Source of the DNA: Takakia lepidozioides
Taxonomy: Eukaryota; Plantae; Bryophyta
DNA length: 64,000 bases
Assembly: GCA_030704615.1 (NCBI GenBank)
Contig: CM060731.1
Coordinates: forward strand, 45,756,001 to 45,820,000
Direction: 5' to 3'
The translations under genes and the position numbers were made by a program. This document shows, piece by piece, positions 12,553 through 25,269 of this stretch. The notes beneath the pieces are model-generated. The model saw nothing but the letters and a program-made list of their open reading frames with translations, did not search any database and was not told the DNA's origin. Numbering within the stretch: position 1 is the stretch's first letter; each line of letters begins with the position of its first letter.

Positions 12553-15500
12553 ATGGGCAGGCGCAAGGAATCAGCGTTGTCAGAAGACCCAGCGAAGTTG
12601 ATTCCGAGAATTTTGAACGAATGCCAAGCCTCACAAACTGTTCACGGACGACCTGTGAAGGAGTTGGTAAAATGCAGGACGGATCACAAGGAACGTTTTA
12701 TGAGAGTTTGGTGCCAGTGCCTGAAGCCTATCTATTTGGTTCCGGGAAAGGAGACGGTTGTGGATCGTGTGGTACAATTTGCTTCAGCTTTCGCTACATA
12801 CCGAGATGAACAGCTTCCAGATGATTGTGATGAATTTGTAGAAGGCTTTTTGTCCAACTTGTTGGAACAGGTTAATGCACGCAACAAGACTGTGCGTCTT
12901 CGAACGTGCCAAATGATTGCAGAAGTACGTATCATGTTGCCATTCCTGCTGAAGATGTTTGTGCATGTTTGTGCAGCGAAGGGTCGTGCTTTCAAAGACA
13001 ATTGCCTCATTAGATTGGCTTTCATTAGGGGGCAGTCAGGGTCTTCCACTGTGTAGAACAAGTGGTGCGCATCAAGAGATCTCCTGCACATAAAACCTTA
13101 AAATCCAAAGGATTCACATCGACACATTGACATAAAATGTCTTTATCTCAGGCGCTTCCTCATCCATAATTAGAAATTACCACCTCTTCTCTCCTCAACC
13201 ATGTTCCTCCCAAGGAGATGCTTAATGCTTATGGCAGCAGGTGATGAAAAGGCTAGCTGAAGCTGCGTTGGTTAGCGACGAATTGTGGGTGAAGATGACC
13301 GAGAGGATGCAGCTGCGCATGCAAGATAAGGTGCCAGGGGTGCGCATGTTTGCTGCTAGTACGCTGGAACGCTTGGTTGAACTTAAGGACGACGACCCTA
13401 CTGTGGAAACATACCGGAAAGCACTGGAGACTGACCAAAGTGCTGTAAGCATCTATTTCGTCTAGACATTTGTATGCTTCAAACCTCATTTTATCCGCAG
13501 TCTTCACTTAGCTGGAGGGAAGTGGGAAATCGGGTGCTGGGAGTGGGGAGAGAGGGATCTTTTCACTTTCGATAGGCAAGTATACATGCCACACTTATCA
13601 CGACATTTGTATCTCCGACCCTCTGGACCTGCCGACTTCTGTCTTTCGTTCTTTCTTTCAAAACCAATGCTTAAACATGTTCAAATGCCCTACTTGCAGG
13701 TTATTGTGTCATTGAATACAAAAGCCAGGTATAATGTCACCTGGATTTGTCATCTGATTTGTGCGCACCTTCTGAATGATGTTGCTGGATGGTCAAACAT
13801 GTGCAGGATGTGCGGAGGATGGTTGTTATGTCGATGCCTGCACTGAATACTACCGTAGCACCAATCGTTGAGCGCACAGCTGACATCAGTGACGCAGTGC
13901 GTAAAGCTGCATACTCGGTACTCGGAAGCAAATTTCCTCTGGAAGTGCTGAGGTCAGACTTCTCTTACATGCTTGAAATTCAATTGACCCTTCCGTGCTT
14001 CATAGGATTGAGGGAAATAGTGATTTATTTCCTAAGAGAGGAGAACAGATGATGATGGAAACAGAGAGGGCATAGAAACAAAAATCTAAATGGCATAGTA
14101 AATGGCCTTCACTCTTTGTGACTTGCTGTGCAGCTGCATGCAGTGTGCAAGAGTTTTGGAGCGGGGTCTGGCCGATAGAGTATCTGCAGTTGAAGCAGAG
14201 TGTATGTGGATGTTGAAGGATGCATGGCTAACTCAGTATTGTGAAGGGGATGTATTTCTCCTCCTTCGAAAATTACTCGTGGAGACTAATGAGAAGCTTG
14301 GGGAGACAGTGCTGTCAAAATTAATGCCACAAGAAATGATCCAGGCAAATGAGGGAGAAGGCCTCCGACAGTTCCTCTTGCCTCGAGAGGAAGGAAGCAC
14401 AGGTTAGAGCAAATTATGTACTGGCATCCACTTTGGATGTAATGCCTATTCTATTTGTACCAAGCTCTGATATAGTGACTCAAGAGCCATAGCCACCTGA
14501 AGCAACTGTATCTGATCCCTGAAGGAAAAACATTTCAAGAGAGTGCAGAACTTTTGTAACCTCTAACTGATAAGGTGGGCAATTAGAAAATGGAGAATGG
14601 GACGTGCAATTCCTGGATGCGGAACAAGCTCTGTACTGGCGTGTATTATGTGAGATCCTTCATGCAGAGGCGCAGGTAAGCAGCCTCTAGCATATACCTG
14701 CTGTTACCAGCATAGAAAAAACTTTCACACTTGATGTGCCTTTGTTATTCAAGTTTTAACCCCCATCGCAATGCAGGCCTAGTGTGAATTGCAGCAGATC
14801 TATACCCAGTTAGGCTCTCATTTGTAGCATAAGTTTGAGGGGGGGTAAAGGCAGAAGAGGAAATTCTGTTATTAAAATGGATGGATGCTGGGTGGGGTTG
14901 ATGAAGGCCAAAGGCACTGAGGCAGCAACTTCAAGAGGTGCACAGGCTGTGGTCATTGCAGCAGCTGCTGCAGATAACAATGAAGCCCTTGATGCGATCC
15001 TGCCCCCTACTGTTGCAGACTATGTTGTGCTCGTCAATGGACACCTGCGGGCAGGTAATTTGAATCATGGATTTTTGTTTCTGTGACTGCATGATTTCAG
15101 GGGCCACAGGAACTGGACCATCATGAATTGTCACATCAAGTCACAAGGGTGTCATCCAGTCAGCGATGTTACTGTTGCAAACTTTCATTCCAGAGCCACA
15201 CTGCTTATAACTTCCATATGGGTGTTGGGAGCTATATGTCTCTAGCCCTGGGAACTTTCAGGTCCTGTTTGTTCTTCCTTGACTAATGAATTCCTAACTT
15301 AGTCTTCATCTTGATATTGATCATCATGATTCAATGGTTTGATGTTCTCATTTATCAAAAAGGTGGAAAACTTGTGTTGGTTGGCAGGCCAACAACATCG
15401 ATTTGCAGCAAGGCAGCTTCTCTTGTTGGCCAAGTTGCTAGATTTTACAGACAGTGCAAATCACAAGGCTGCCGCGTCCCTGGTGCACAGTCTTCTGCAA

Positions 15501-18500
15501 GCAGAAACACTCCAAAAGGGGCTGGAAGCACTTGTAGCTGCAGATTCAGAGGAATTTGTAGGGGATGGCATAAGCCTGGGAGGGGATAAGGCTTGGGCTG
15601 ATGCTGTTGCAGAGCTTGCACTTCGAGTGCATGCAGAACGGGGTGAATTTGAGGCAGTTGTGACAAAAGCTGTGGCTGCATTGGGCCAACCATGTCGCGA
15701 TGGTGGTGCCAAAGTCAGCCAATGGCTGCACTGTCTGGCAGTAACAAGCTTGCTTCTGGAGAATATCAAATCTCTGGATCAGCTGTCTGGCTGTGTGATT
15801 GACGGGCAGGAGATCCTCCATGCGCTCTTGTTACCTGCGGTAAGCTGCTTATTTGTATAATGTCACGAATATCCACCAGCTAGGTTTTGCACTTGGGTCA
15901 TGGAGTGAGGCTTCCTGCAGCAACTTCTGGGATCCATCAGCTGTGACTGCAGGAAGCCTCATCAATGGGGAGCATTGTGGGTGAATGAGAAACACCTGTG
16001 CTAGGTGAAATTTCTCAAACTGTTTACAGTAGACCATTTATTTGCAACGAGAGTGAGACAAAGAGAATGTACTCATGAGATGTTGTTGCCTGTAGCCTAG
16101 ACCCCGTGCCCCAGTTTGGGCGGAACAGAGAGGGAGAGATGTACTCATATGACTTTGTTTGCTGTAGCCTTGTGGCCACGGTTATCCAGAGAGGGAGAGA
16201 AAGAGTGAGAGAGACTCCTGCAGCACCCGTTGTAATTAAGATCCTCACAGGTCTGCCTCTGTTGGGGGTGGGCATTAATGGCATGAAAATTGGTCTTTGG
16301 GGCACCATGCAGGTGAAGCATGTCCATCCTGAAGTGCTGCGAGTGGGTGTACAATGTTTGGGCGTGTTTGGTTGCCTAGCAACAAATCCCAACACATTTG
16401 TTGTCAGACAGCTCCGACTATCTCTCCAGGAAGGTGTGCAACAGGTGCAGACCATGGTCGTTAAGGCCTTCTTTGACCTTGTTCTCTGCCATGGGGCTGC
16501 CTCATTAGACCAAACGATTGGCATTGGCCCTGATCTTGGACCCATTCCTCAGCCTCATCCACCTGGATATCAGGTCAGTAGCTTCCCGTTCCTCATGTAA
16601 ATCAATCACACAAGTAGCACATCATCTGATGACACATTTTAGAGGTGCTGGCACCAGTACCTGTTTGAGAATGTTTAGGTGACTTAAACCACTGAAAGTC
16701 ACATTTGATAAGCTGCTTGTGAAGTCTTGAGACCTGAAAAATCCTCAATTTAGAGTGGGTATCTTTGAGTATGACAGTGGCCACTGCTTTCTTCAGAGGC
16801 CAGGATCTCTACTGTACTGTACACAGCATCTTGTCCGCCATTCAGGTGAGGTGAGGTGAGGTGAGTTAGCTTTTTGGTGAACATAGAGTTCAGGATGTGT
16901 GGGCACAGTAGGCACTGGTGCAAGCCTCCTAGTCATACCCAGCCACTAGAGATGCCTGGAGCATCTGCAGTCTGCCCAAAATAAGTTAAGCTAAGGTCAA
17001 CTGAGGTGTCCAAGAAGATAATCATGTATATAACTGTCAAAGAAAAGTGCCATGACCAGGTCCGTGATGAGGCTAACACAGTGCCAGCTAGCACTGAAGA
17101 GATCAAAGGGATGCAGAAACCGCTGCTCGAGGTTTTGATGACCTGGCTGGACATTCATAGTATCAAGGAAGAAGAGGAACTGGATGCTGCGGATGAGGCA
17201 GAAACAACTAGAAGCCTTGTGGCAGAAGGCTTTGCCAAATTACTGCTCCAAAGCAAGCTGTTTCCAGATGTCCAGCTGATTGAAGACAATATACTGGGAC
17301 AACTGCTGCAACTGTATTTCATTGATGAGAATCCATCGTCACGGTTTGTCTTGCACATCACTTCAACAGGCATCTTCTGATAGTGTTTGAGAAAAGCTAC
17401 AACAGTCTGCCAAAATGTAAGAACCTTCTAAAACTAGAATTATGGAGACACACCAACTCAACGACTACTTTGCTCATAATGCATCTCTTTATTGTGTGCA
17501 TGTGTTGTGCAGATTGCAACAATGCCTGTCCGTTTTCTTTGTCAACTACTCTACTCTATCAGCAAACAATAAGGTGGTTTTCTAGTCCCAAGCAGACCCT
17601 AACTTTCTTCCGTCTGTCTGCCTGGCATGGTGTGCAACACATGAAGATGTACAAATAGGCCCTAGGAGTGTGACCCATGGGTGTAGTCAGTCTCGGGGGC
17701 CCAGCAGTTGAGTCCAAGTGACTGATTTCTCACATGCATTTACCTCATCTGGCAGAGACTTCATGGTGGTTGTATCAGAGTTTCTTTGTTGAATGTGTGG
17801 AAATTATCTCTATGATTTGTTACGTGGTGTAAGACTACAGAAATGTATTGCAAAGGCCTTCATACCAGTGATGCGCTCAGTCTGGCCTGAGGTATATTTG
17901 AATAGAGGAGGGAGGTCAGCCAGCGTATTGGCCAGGAAAAAGCGCGCAGTGCAACTAGCACAGTATATGCTTCAGCTACTACAGAGACCTTTGATTCATG
18001 GGAGCGATTCTGAGGGTGCCCCCCTGTCAAATGGCGAGGAGACTCCACCTGATATGGGCCATGAGGTCTTGGCTATCAGAATCGCTGCAGAGGTATGGTA
18101 CAGGTTAATTTCCAGTTGACTATGCTGTGTCATGCACAACTGCTCGGTCTTGGCATGAATCACATTGTACTCTTCAAGCATGTGTCTGAAGCTTGAAGGA
18201 ATTCCTGCATTTCATGTGCCCTTCTATGGTCCTTTGCAACCTGGGGGGTGTAACCCGTAACCCTAAACCTGTGAGCGCGACAAACCGGCCGTTACCCGCA
18301 TGCGAGACACGTCGAGTGTAACCCTCCGTCATGTACCCATATATGATGTAACCCTTCTATGGGAAACCCAGAGAGCTGATGGGACAAGAAAGGATGGAGA
18401 AAGGGGGAAAGAATAGTAGTCTGCAAGACCCAGAGAGCATAAGAGATTCCCAAATATCTCTCTCAGGGAGGGGGAAGTCTAGAGCAGCACACCCTAATCT

Positions 18501-21230
18501 ATCTCTGCAGGATTCAACCATGTTAAATCATGCCCTAGTGCCCAATGATTAATATCAGACTAGCAAACAAGGCCTAAAATTTGCTGCATAGGACAGAATG
18601 CCTCATGAAAGTAAGCTGGCGGGGGACAAAGAAAGGAAGACCAAAGGAAGGGAACTTATAACATCTAAACAAACTGAAAGAGCCTGTGTGCTCTCTCTCT
18701 CTCTCTCTCCAATGTCCTTGGGCAAATCACACACAGCAGATTGATGCTTGTGTGAAGGGATTTCTAGAGGATATCTGGAAAACCCGGATCAATTTTTTGT
18801 ATCAAGGTAAGTCTTACGACCAACGTCACCCCCTGGCAGAGGTAGGTTCTGTCCCTTTGTGTTCCGCTCAAACTGGGCGGGGGGTCAATGGCCACAAGGC
18901 TACGGCAAATGTCTTATGAGTACATTCTCTACAATGGGTATTCTCATCAGAGAGCGACCCTCTTCAGGACCATCAAGAACATAGTCCCTGCACCTTTGTG
19001 CACCAACTTCCAAAGTCTCAAGGCTGAGCCTAAAACCCTGGCCCTGTTGGCTGGGCAGCTCACATAGAGCAGATTGCTGCTTGTGTGGGGGGCTTTCTAT
19101 AGGAAATCTGGAAAGCCCAAACTAATTGTTTATATCAAGGAAAGTCCCACCACGGACATGGGGTCTTAGACCACAAGACTAAGGCGAAAGTCTTATGGAT
19201 ACATTCTCTCTCTTTGGTTCTATGTTATGTGTCCCTTGGGCATCCTGCATAGACAAATAAATGTATTTCTTTCTTTCTCTCCATTGGAAGCTCTTTGCCT
19301 TCCAGTGGATGTTATGAAGTTTTTCTTTCTTTCTCACGAGGCCTTCACCCTTGGACAATCACTCGAACAATAGTTCTTATTCTTGGCTTTGGTTTTGTTT
19401 CCTCTCATGTTTTCTTCCATTTTGTCCCATAAGCTCTATGAGCTTTCCGCGGACGTTATAAAGCACCATTTCATTTCATTCATTTCCTTCTTTCTTTATA
19501 AAGTACCATTTCAATTCATTTCATTTCTCATATACAACCGCGTCATGAATTCCTAGAATATCCATTGAAACGTCTATGAAAAAACAAATTTATGCTTGCG
19601 TGAAAGATTTTGGTGTGGGTTTTTAGTCAATACATGGATAATCAGTCAAGTATGTGCTGTGCATGTCTAGGTGAAACATCTTCCCTCAAAGAATAAGCCA
19701 GCAGGCAAGGCGTATGTAGCAATGCTGGCCCAGGCTGCTGTATGCTTGGAGTTCCGGGCATCCCAACAGGAGGAGATCAAATGCATGCTTCAGCTCCTAG
19801 GCCCGTATGTCTCGCCTCTCTGTTACCAGATGGAGCAATTATCACTGAAATCTTTTACTTGTTTTGCACTAGATCTCTCAAAATGTTTTCAATCTGCAAT
19901 TGTGCCCATGAAATCGCTGTCTGCAGGATTTGTAAACCTTGCTTCCCCACAAGTTGTCAGGTGTGGTGAGCACCTGCAGCTCTCAAACAATGCAGCCAAT
20001 AAGTTGTCCACTTTTTCAAGAGAAATTCCAAAAGGTTAGGCTATAGGATGGTAACCATTCATTGCTCATATACCACCCTTGACACTCAACATATTCACAG
20101 AACAATGAATGATGATTTGGTGTAGATGAACTCTCACCACCCCTATGTCAACCTTGCATGATGAAGCGGTGGGAGGTCTTTCTGCAGGAACAGGCATAAG
20201 CTCCCTTGAGAGCAGTTAGATGCAATGAAAACCTGACTTGTTTCATTGGGGAGGTTTGCCTGCAGTATGATGGATGTTCTACCAGGAGACAGATTACTGT
20301 TGAAAGAGCTTAAACTAATGGCAGCACGATTGAAAGCTCTGGACATGACTCCTGAACAAGGCCTTCCAGAGGAGCAAATTCTAATGATTCTTGGTAAGCT
20401 TCTGTGATTAAGTTTGTGATGTGAAGGTAGTCCCTGGTTTTGCAATTATCACACTCAATCTTATTGATTGTTTAGTCAATTCACAGACTGCTATGCAATG
20501 CCCATCATGAGGAGTCCAATTAGAGGATCCTTTCTGAAAACCAACTGTTAAAGGAAGAAGGATGAAGAGATGAGGGGAGAGCACAGATCCTGGTACAGTG
20601 GTAATCTGCAGGTTCTTGTGGCTATCTGTTTTGTGCAGACCGGCTGAAATTGAGCTCTCCTAACTCTGGTTATGAAAATGAGGAATGGGCTTGCACGCCC
20701 ACCCCCCGTAACAGAAGGGCTGCTCCTAAAAGTGAGTACTATAGGATGCATGGCCACGAGCACATGTCAATGTCTTGGTTCCTAGAATTCATAGGCACTA
20801 GCATGCAGTCCTCCCCTCTCAGCAGGTTTATGCTTCCCTCATTCCTTTTGGGTCTTGAATGTGTCCTGGTTTAGGAGAGAAGTGTTTGCATCCTCACAAA
20901 ACTTTGGACAGTAAAACTGTTTTCTAGCAGCTTGGAAGATTTCCCTCTATTAGACATACGATTTGACCTGATTATAGGTGGCTTACAGGAACAGGAGCAA
21001 AGAAGGCCCCAGTTGTTGAGCAGACGCCTGTTGTTTTAGGTGTATCCCGCTCACAGCGGAAAAGTAAAACAGAAGCTCTGCAACGGCTTTCTATTTCTGC
21101 AGCTGGAGCGGCCACATCCAAGAAAGCAGACAAACTACGATGTGTGCCCCAGTATGACTCAGATTCTGATTCTGATTTTGAAGATTTCCAAGTCAAACGG
21201 GCGTCTGTGAAACCTTCCCGTCGGAATTAG
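12553..21230 (+). CDS. CAPG: Condensin I complex subunit 3 (CAP-G / NCAPG / Ycg1), ~1048 aa, 15 exons
   Basis: Exons: 12553-12924, 13241-13444, 13807-13952, 14134-14402, 14575-14675, 14907-15054, 15388-15839, 16313-16573, 17060-17343, 17513-17573, 17841-18092, 19671-19804, 20266-20393, 20639-20731, 20989-21230. All GT-AG and phase-compatible. HEAT-repeat motifs ARNKTVRLRTCQMI, RMQDKVPGVR, VERTADISDAVRKAAY, LERGLADR, EQALYWR, AEGFAKLLL, RLQQCLSVFF; C-terminal SRSQRKSKTEAL. Confidence 0.93.
16065..16180 (-). mobile_element. Two tandem LINE 3'-end fragments in CAP-G intron 7
   Basis: gtactcat...gtagcc(ttgtggccac) and gaccccgtgccccagtttgggcggaac match the LINE tail at 6020-6090. Confidence 0.65.
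18718..19210 (+). mobile_element. Two tandem 5'-truncated LINE 3' ends in CAP-G intron 11
   Basis: 18718-18930 is nearly identical to the reverse complement of 6015-6230. 18936-19210 is a diverged subfamily copy, also present at 59970-60200. (TC)n-rich flanks. Confidence 0.8.
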
Positions 21231-22015
21231 ATCGCTGGATGATCCCTTTGACAAATCATCAAATGTTGTACGTCCTGCCGAAGTTTAAGTCAAGGAAGGA
21301 TCTGTTAACCACTACCTTTCCTCAACAACTGAACCAACTTCTTAAAGCAGGCTTCCCCAAGTCAAATTGCGTTGGCCAAGCGTGGAGATTTCAACCTTTG
21401 TCCTCAACACCAGGAAATAGGAGCTTCAGTTTCAAATACAGCTGCAGGCCCACGGCTAGCTATTAGCCCCTGACAGCAACTCTCCATTGTAAGATACAGA
21501 AGCGGTGTTTCCGCATTGTAAGATACTGAAAAAAGATTTGTCACTATTGGTAACATGAAGGCTTGCGTCTCAAGTGGTAAGCACAACCCTTCAAGAAGCC
21601 AGCAATGCGTGAACTCATTCCTCTCTTCCGCTACTACAATCTCGAGAACCACTCCATCTTCTACACTGAGGTTGTGTATCTCGACCCCGAACATGTCTTC
21701 CATATCATCAAACCACCCTTGTGTTAGCAGAACCCTTCTAAACTATGGCAATGCTGGACTAAACGCAAGGTACATTACCATTGTTTTTCTACTTGATTAT
21801 GACAACCCATAAACATGGATGGGAAATAAGAAGGGATGCTTCAGTGCAGCCACAAAATTGCAACATCTGGGGACTCATAATATATGTGGGCAAAGTGGGG
21901 GCACGACAGTGGTTGGGTAATATCTGCACCGTTGGAGGAGTCTCCAGGTTGGAATCTGGACCGTTGAAAGTCTGGCCAAACATTTGGGTGTATGTTGAGG
22001 GAAGAAGGCGCGAAG

Positions 22016-22075
22016 GTGGGACCACTTTGGGCAGACAAGCGAGGGGAAGAGGGGAGAGAGGAGAGAGAGAGAGAA
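22016..22075 (+). promoter_or_regulatory. TCP-type site (GTGGGACCAC) and GA-repeat leader upstream of SCE1
   Basis: GTGGGACCAC at 22016-22025 followed by a (GA)n tract just upstream of the ATG. Motif match only. Confidence 0.35.
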
Positions 22076-22103
22076 TAGGGCGGGGAGGAAGGGAGGCTGA
22101 GCG

Positions 22104-25100
22104 ATGTCGGGAGGGATTGCGCGGGGCCGGTTGGCGGAGGAGCGGAAGGCATGGCGGAAGAATCACCCCCACGTATTTTTTCTTCTCTTTCTTTCCTTGC
22201 TGTTTGTGGGTTTTTCTGTTGTGGTTGTGGGTTGATTCTTGCTGTTTTGGGGGTTTCGTCACCGTGAACAGTTGGAATCTTTTCTCCGTTGGACTTGGGG
22301 TGTATGAGTTGGGCTTGGTAATTGGGAGATTGCGTTGAGTTTTGTTAGTACATGGCTGTGTTCTCTTTGAATTGGAGAGATTCTTTAGCGTCTAGTTTGT
22401 TTTGCGGAATGAAAAGGAGTGCCGGCTCTTCCATAGCTGTCACTGTTAGATCCGAAGGGCTGGGTTTTGCCACATGGTGTGCTTGGTTGCCCTAGCTCAA
22501 AAAGATGCTCAGGCAGTTTGGCTGCTTGTTGGTTGAACATCTTTGAAAGCACGTGTGGATGGCGAATCCTCAACGATTTCCTCCTCCTCCTCTGCCTTAT
22601 TCGTTAGCTGGTCTTCCGATTGATGAGGAGAGACAGTGTGGGCAGGGGCCGTCTGAACTCCGCGAAATAGAGTTACCCGGATGCTTTTTGCGAAGACTTA
22701 TCTTCCAAATTAGGGTTTCATTTCTCTCTCTTCCTTGACAGTTAGTGCCTCAAAGTTTTTTGTTGCCATCACATTCTACCCACGTCCCACCACAAGGAGT
22801 GTTTGGCTGGTGGTAGTTTGAGGTTCCTGGTACCTAACATGCTAAGATATCGTCCTTCACAAGATTGGCATTTACTAGGTCCAAAGATTTTTGTGTGCTC
22901 ATCACCTTGTGAAGACATTCCACCACAAGTTGTGTTTGGTTGGAGGTTTCTGGTCCCTAACATGTCCCTGTAACTGCAAGGATAAATCCGGAGATGGTTG
23001 GAGAGCACAACCAAGCCGCCAATATGGTTGTATTGAGTTGTGATCCTCTGCTGCTTACCATCCTCCGGGTGCTCATAGAGTCTGTTAATCTGGTCAGCAC
23101 ATTCTTCTGTGGCCTTTGCTGCAATCTGAAAAGTTGCAGAGAAGGATTGTTCTCTTGGGGGAAGTCCTTGTTTGCAGTCTAAGCAATCATGTAGTTCGAA
23201 TGTGGAGCTTTATCACTACTACTTCGATCAATACGCACTGAGAAGGCATGTAGAAGGAGCTGGAGGCTGATGGAAGAAGAGAATGATTTTTGTAGGGTTT
23301 TGTGGCAAGGCCAGAGGCTGGGACGGACGGGTCTCTCAATCTCATGATCTGGCAGTGCACTTTACCTGGCAAAGCTGGGGTATGCACTCATCCTCTCTTT
23401 GTGTTTCATTTGCTCCTCTTTCTTCTGTTCTTGCGACTTTCAAATGATCTAGGAGTGACATCTAGTTCGGGCAAGCAGGTTTCGTCCAATGAATCCCAAA
23501 GTTATTTTGACTATGGGAAGGGGCAGAGACAGAGAGGATAGGTTCATCTTCTGAAGTGAACTCAACTGGTGGGTGCTGCAGACTGATTGGGAAGGGGGAT
23601 TCTACCCAATTGCAATCCATTTCAGCGAGGACTATCCCAGTAAGCCACCCAAGTGCAAGTTTCCGGCAGGCTTCTTTCACCCGAACGTGTATCCGTCAGG
23701 CACAGTGTGCCTCTCTATCCTCAATGAGGACTCTGTATGCTCATTCAACCTTCTCGTCACTTTAATCTAGTCATTGCTGTGCATTATCAGGCATGGCCTA
23801 ATTGCTGCAATCAACATGGAAGTTTTTTCCTGCGTTAGACAGACCACACACCATGGCTTTCCTCAACACGATTTGGGAACTGTAATGCACTGGACAACAG
23901 ATTCCCTATTTGCAAAGGTGTCTGTTCAATAATTGGTCAATAATATTTAATAATTGATTAAGAGTCACTCTGGGCTTGCACACTGGGCAGAGATGACCTG
24001 GTGACTTTATGGTCAACAAATAAATGCCCTACTGAAAATAAGGCAAGACAAACACAAATAAAAATGTAACATAGTGAACAGAGTAGCTTTTCTGGCCATC
24101 CAGTCAAGTGTTATCGTGAACGGGAACAAGAACAGGAGCCAAGATGGTGATGGGTTGGCAGTGGCTTAAGGGGGTGGGGTCATACTTGACAGGGGTGGAG
24201 ACCGGCCATCACAGTGAAACAAATTCTGGTTGGCATCCAGGAGCTGCTAGATGCCCCAAATCCAGCTGACCCAGCACAGACTGAAGCGTATCAACTATTC
24301 ATCCAGGTATCCTGTCCTTTGGTTCCATTCATTTGTTGTTAGCAGTCCATATTTCCATCTGCTGGGGCGTTAAAGCTGACAGGTGAATCTGTCAAGGTAG
24401 AGTTGTGATGGGATTGGTGAGCTTCTATAGATTGGACCGTTGTTTGTTCTTCTGAAGGTGCACAGTTGGATATATGCAATGACCATTTGCATATAGATGC
24501 CTGTTCTAGCGTTGCACATTCCTCATTTTATATGCCACCCAATTCCCCTGTCATCATTTGTTGTCTCTGAATAGGAAATTTAGTCATGTTTTTGTCGTAT
24601 GACCTGTCAGAAGAGAGAGTTCCAAAAGACTGTAAGTAGCAGTGTGCTCCATAGTCTGGAAGAACTGGCTCATGGGGGCTCTCCTTGGCCTTGAGTAGTT
24701 GAAGGGAAAAATGAGGTTCAAATGGGGCAAAGGAGTCCTTGCTTATGTCTGTAGCTGTATAGTGGCAGACTCTTAGTCATTAGGTGCATATCCCCTGCAC
24801 CCAAAAATTGGCCCAGTGGTTTTTGTGTCAAGCCTGTCAAGCAGATCAGATCGTCTCGGTTGTAGTACAGCTGAGTTTTGTACAATCACTCGGCACAAAT
24901 ACAGCTCCTTCCAGTTTCCGAAATGCAAAGTGGATGTCACAACCAGTGATTGAAATCGAATGAATGTGTCTGTGAGTTATGATCCGGAGAAGGTGTCTGC
25001 AATCACCTGTCCTCAAATGAAGGCTTTCAGCAGGTGTGCAGAGTCTGTGATGGTGCAGTATTGACAGGGATTTTCCCTTTCATCACACCTTTCCATATTT

Positions 25101-25269
25101 TCCTCTGGGTAGGGTTCTTATGTTCAGGCACAAATGTGAAACAAGAGTAGAGTGCAGCTATAAGTTCCATTCAACATACGTCCATGGTGCCTGGATATGC
25201 ATGTAGGATCAGGAGGAATACAAGCGACGAGTGAAGCAGCAAGCCAAGCAGTACCCACCTCCTGTGTAA
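22104..25269 (+). CDS. SCE1: SUMO-conjugating enzyme SCE1 (UBC9), 160 aa, 5 exons
   Basis: Exons 22104-22172, 23296-23379, 23582-23734, 24193-24306, 25207-25269 give [30 protein letters not shown]...[33 protein letters not shown]...[16 protein letters not shown]. Catalytic Cys present. Confidence 0.97.

Noticed and set aside
21781-22338. 185-aa and 157-aa ORFs upstream of and over SCE1 exon 1
   Set aside because: They arise from the GA-rich promoter/leader and alternative frames of SCE1; no protein-like signal.
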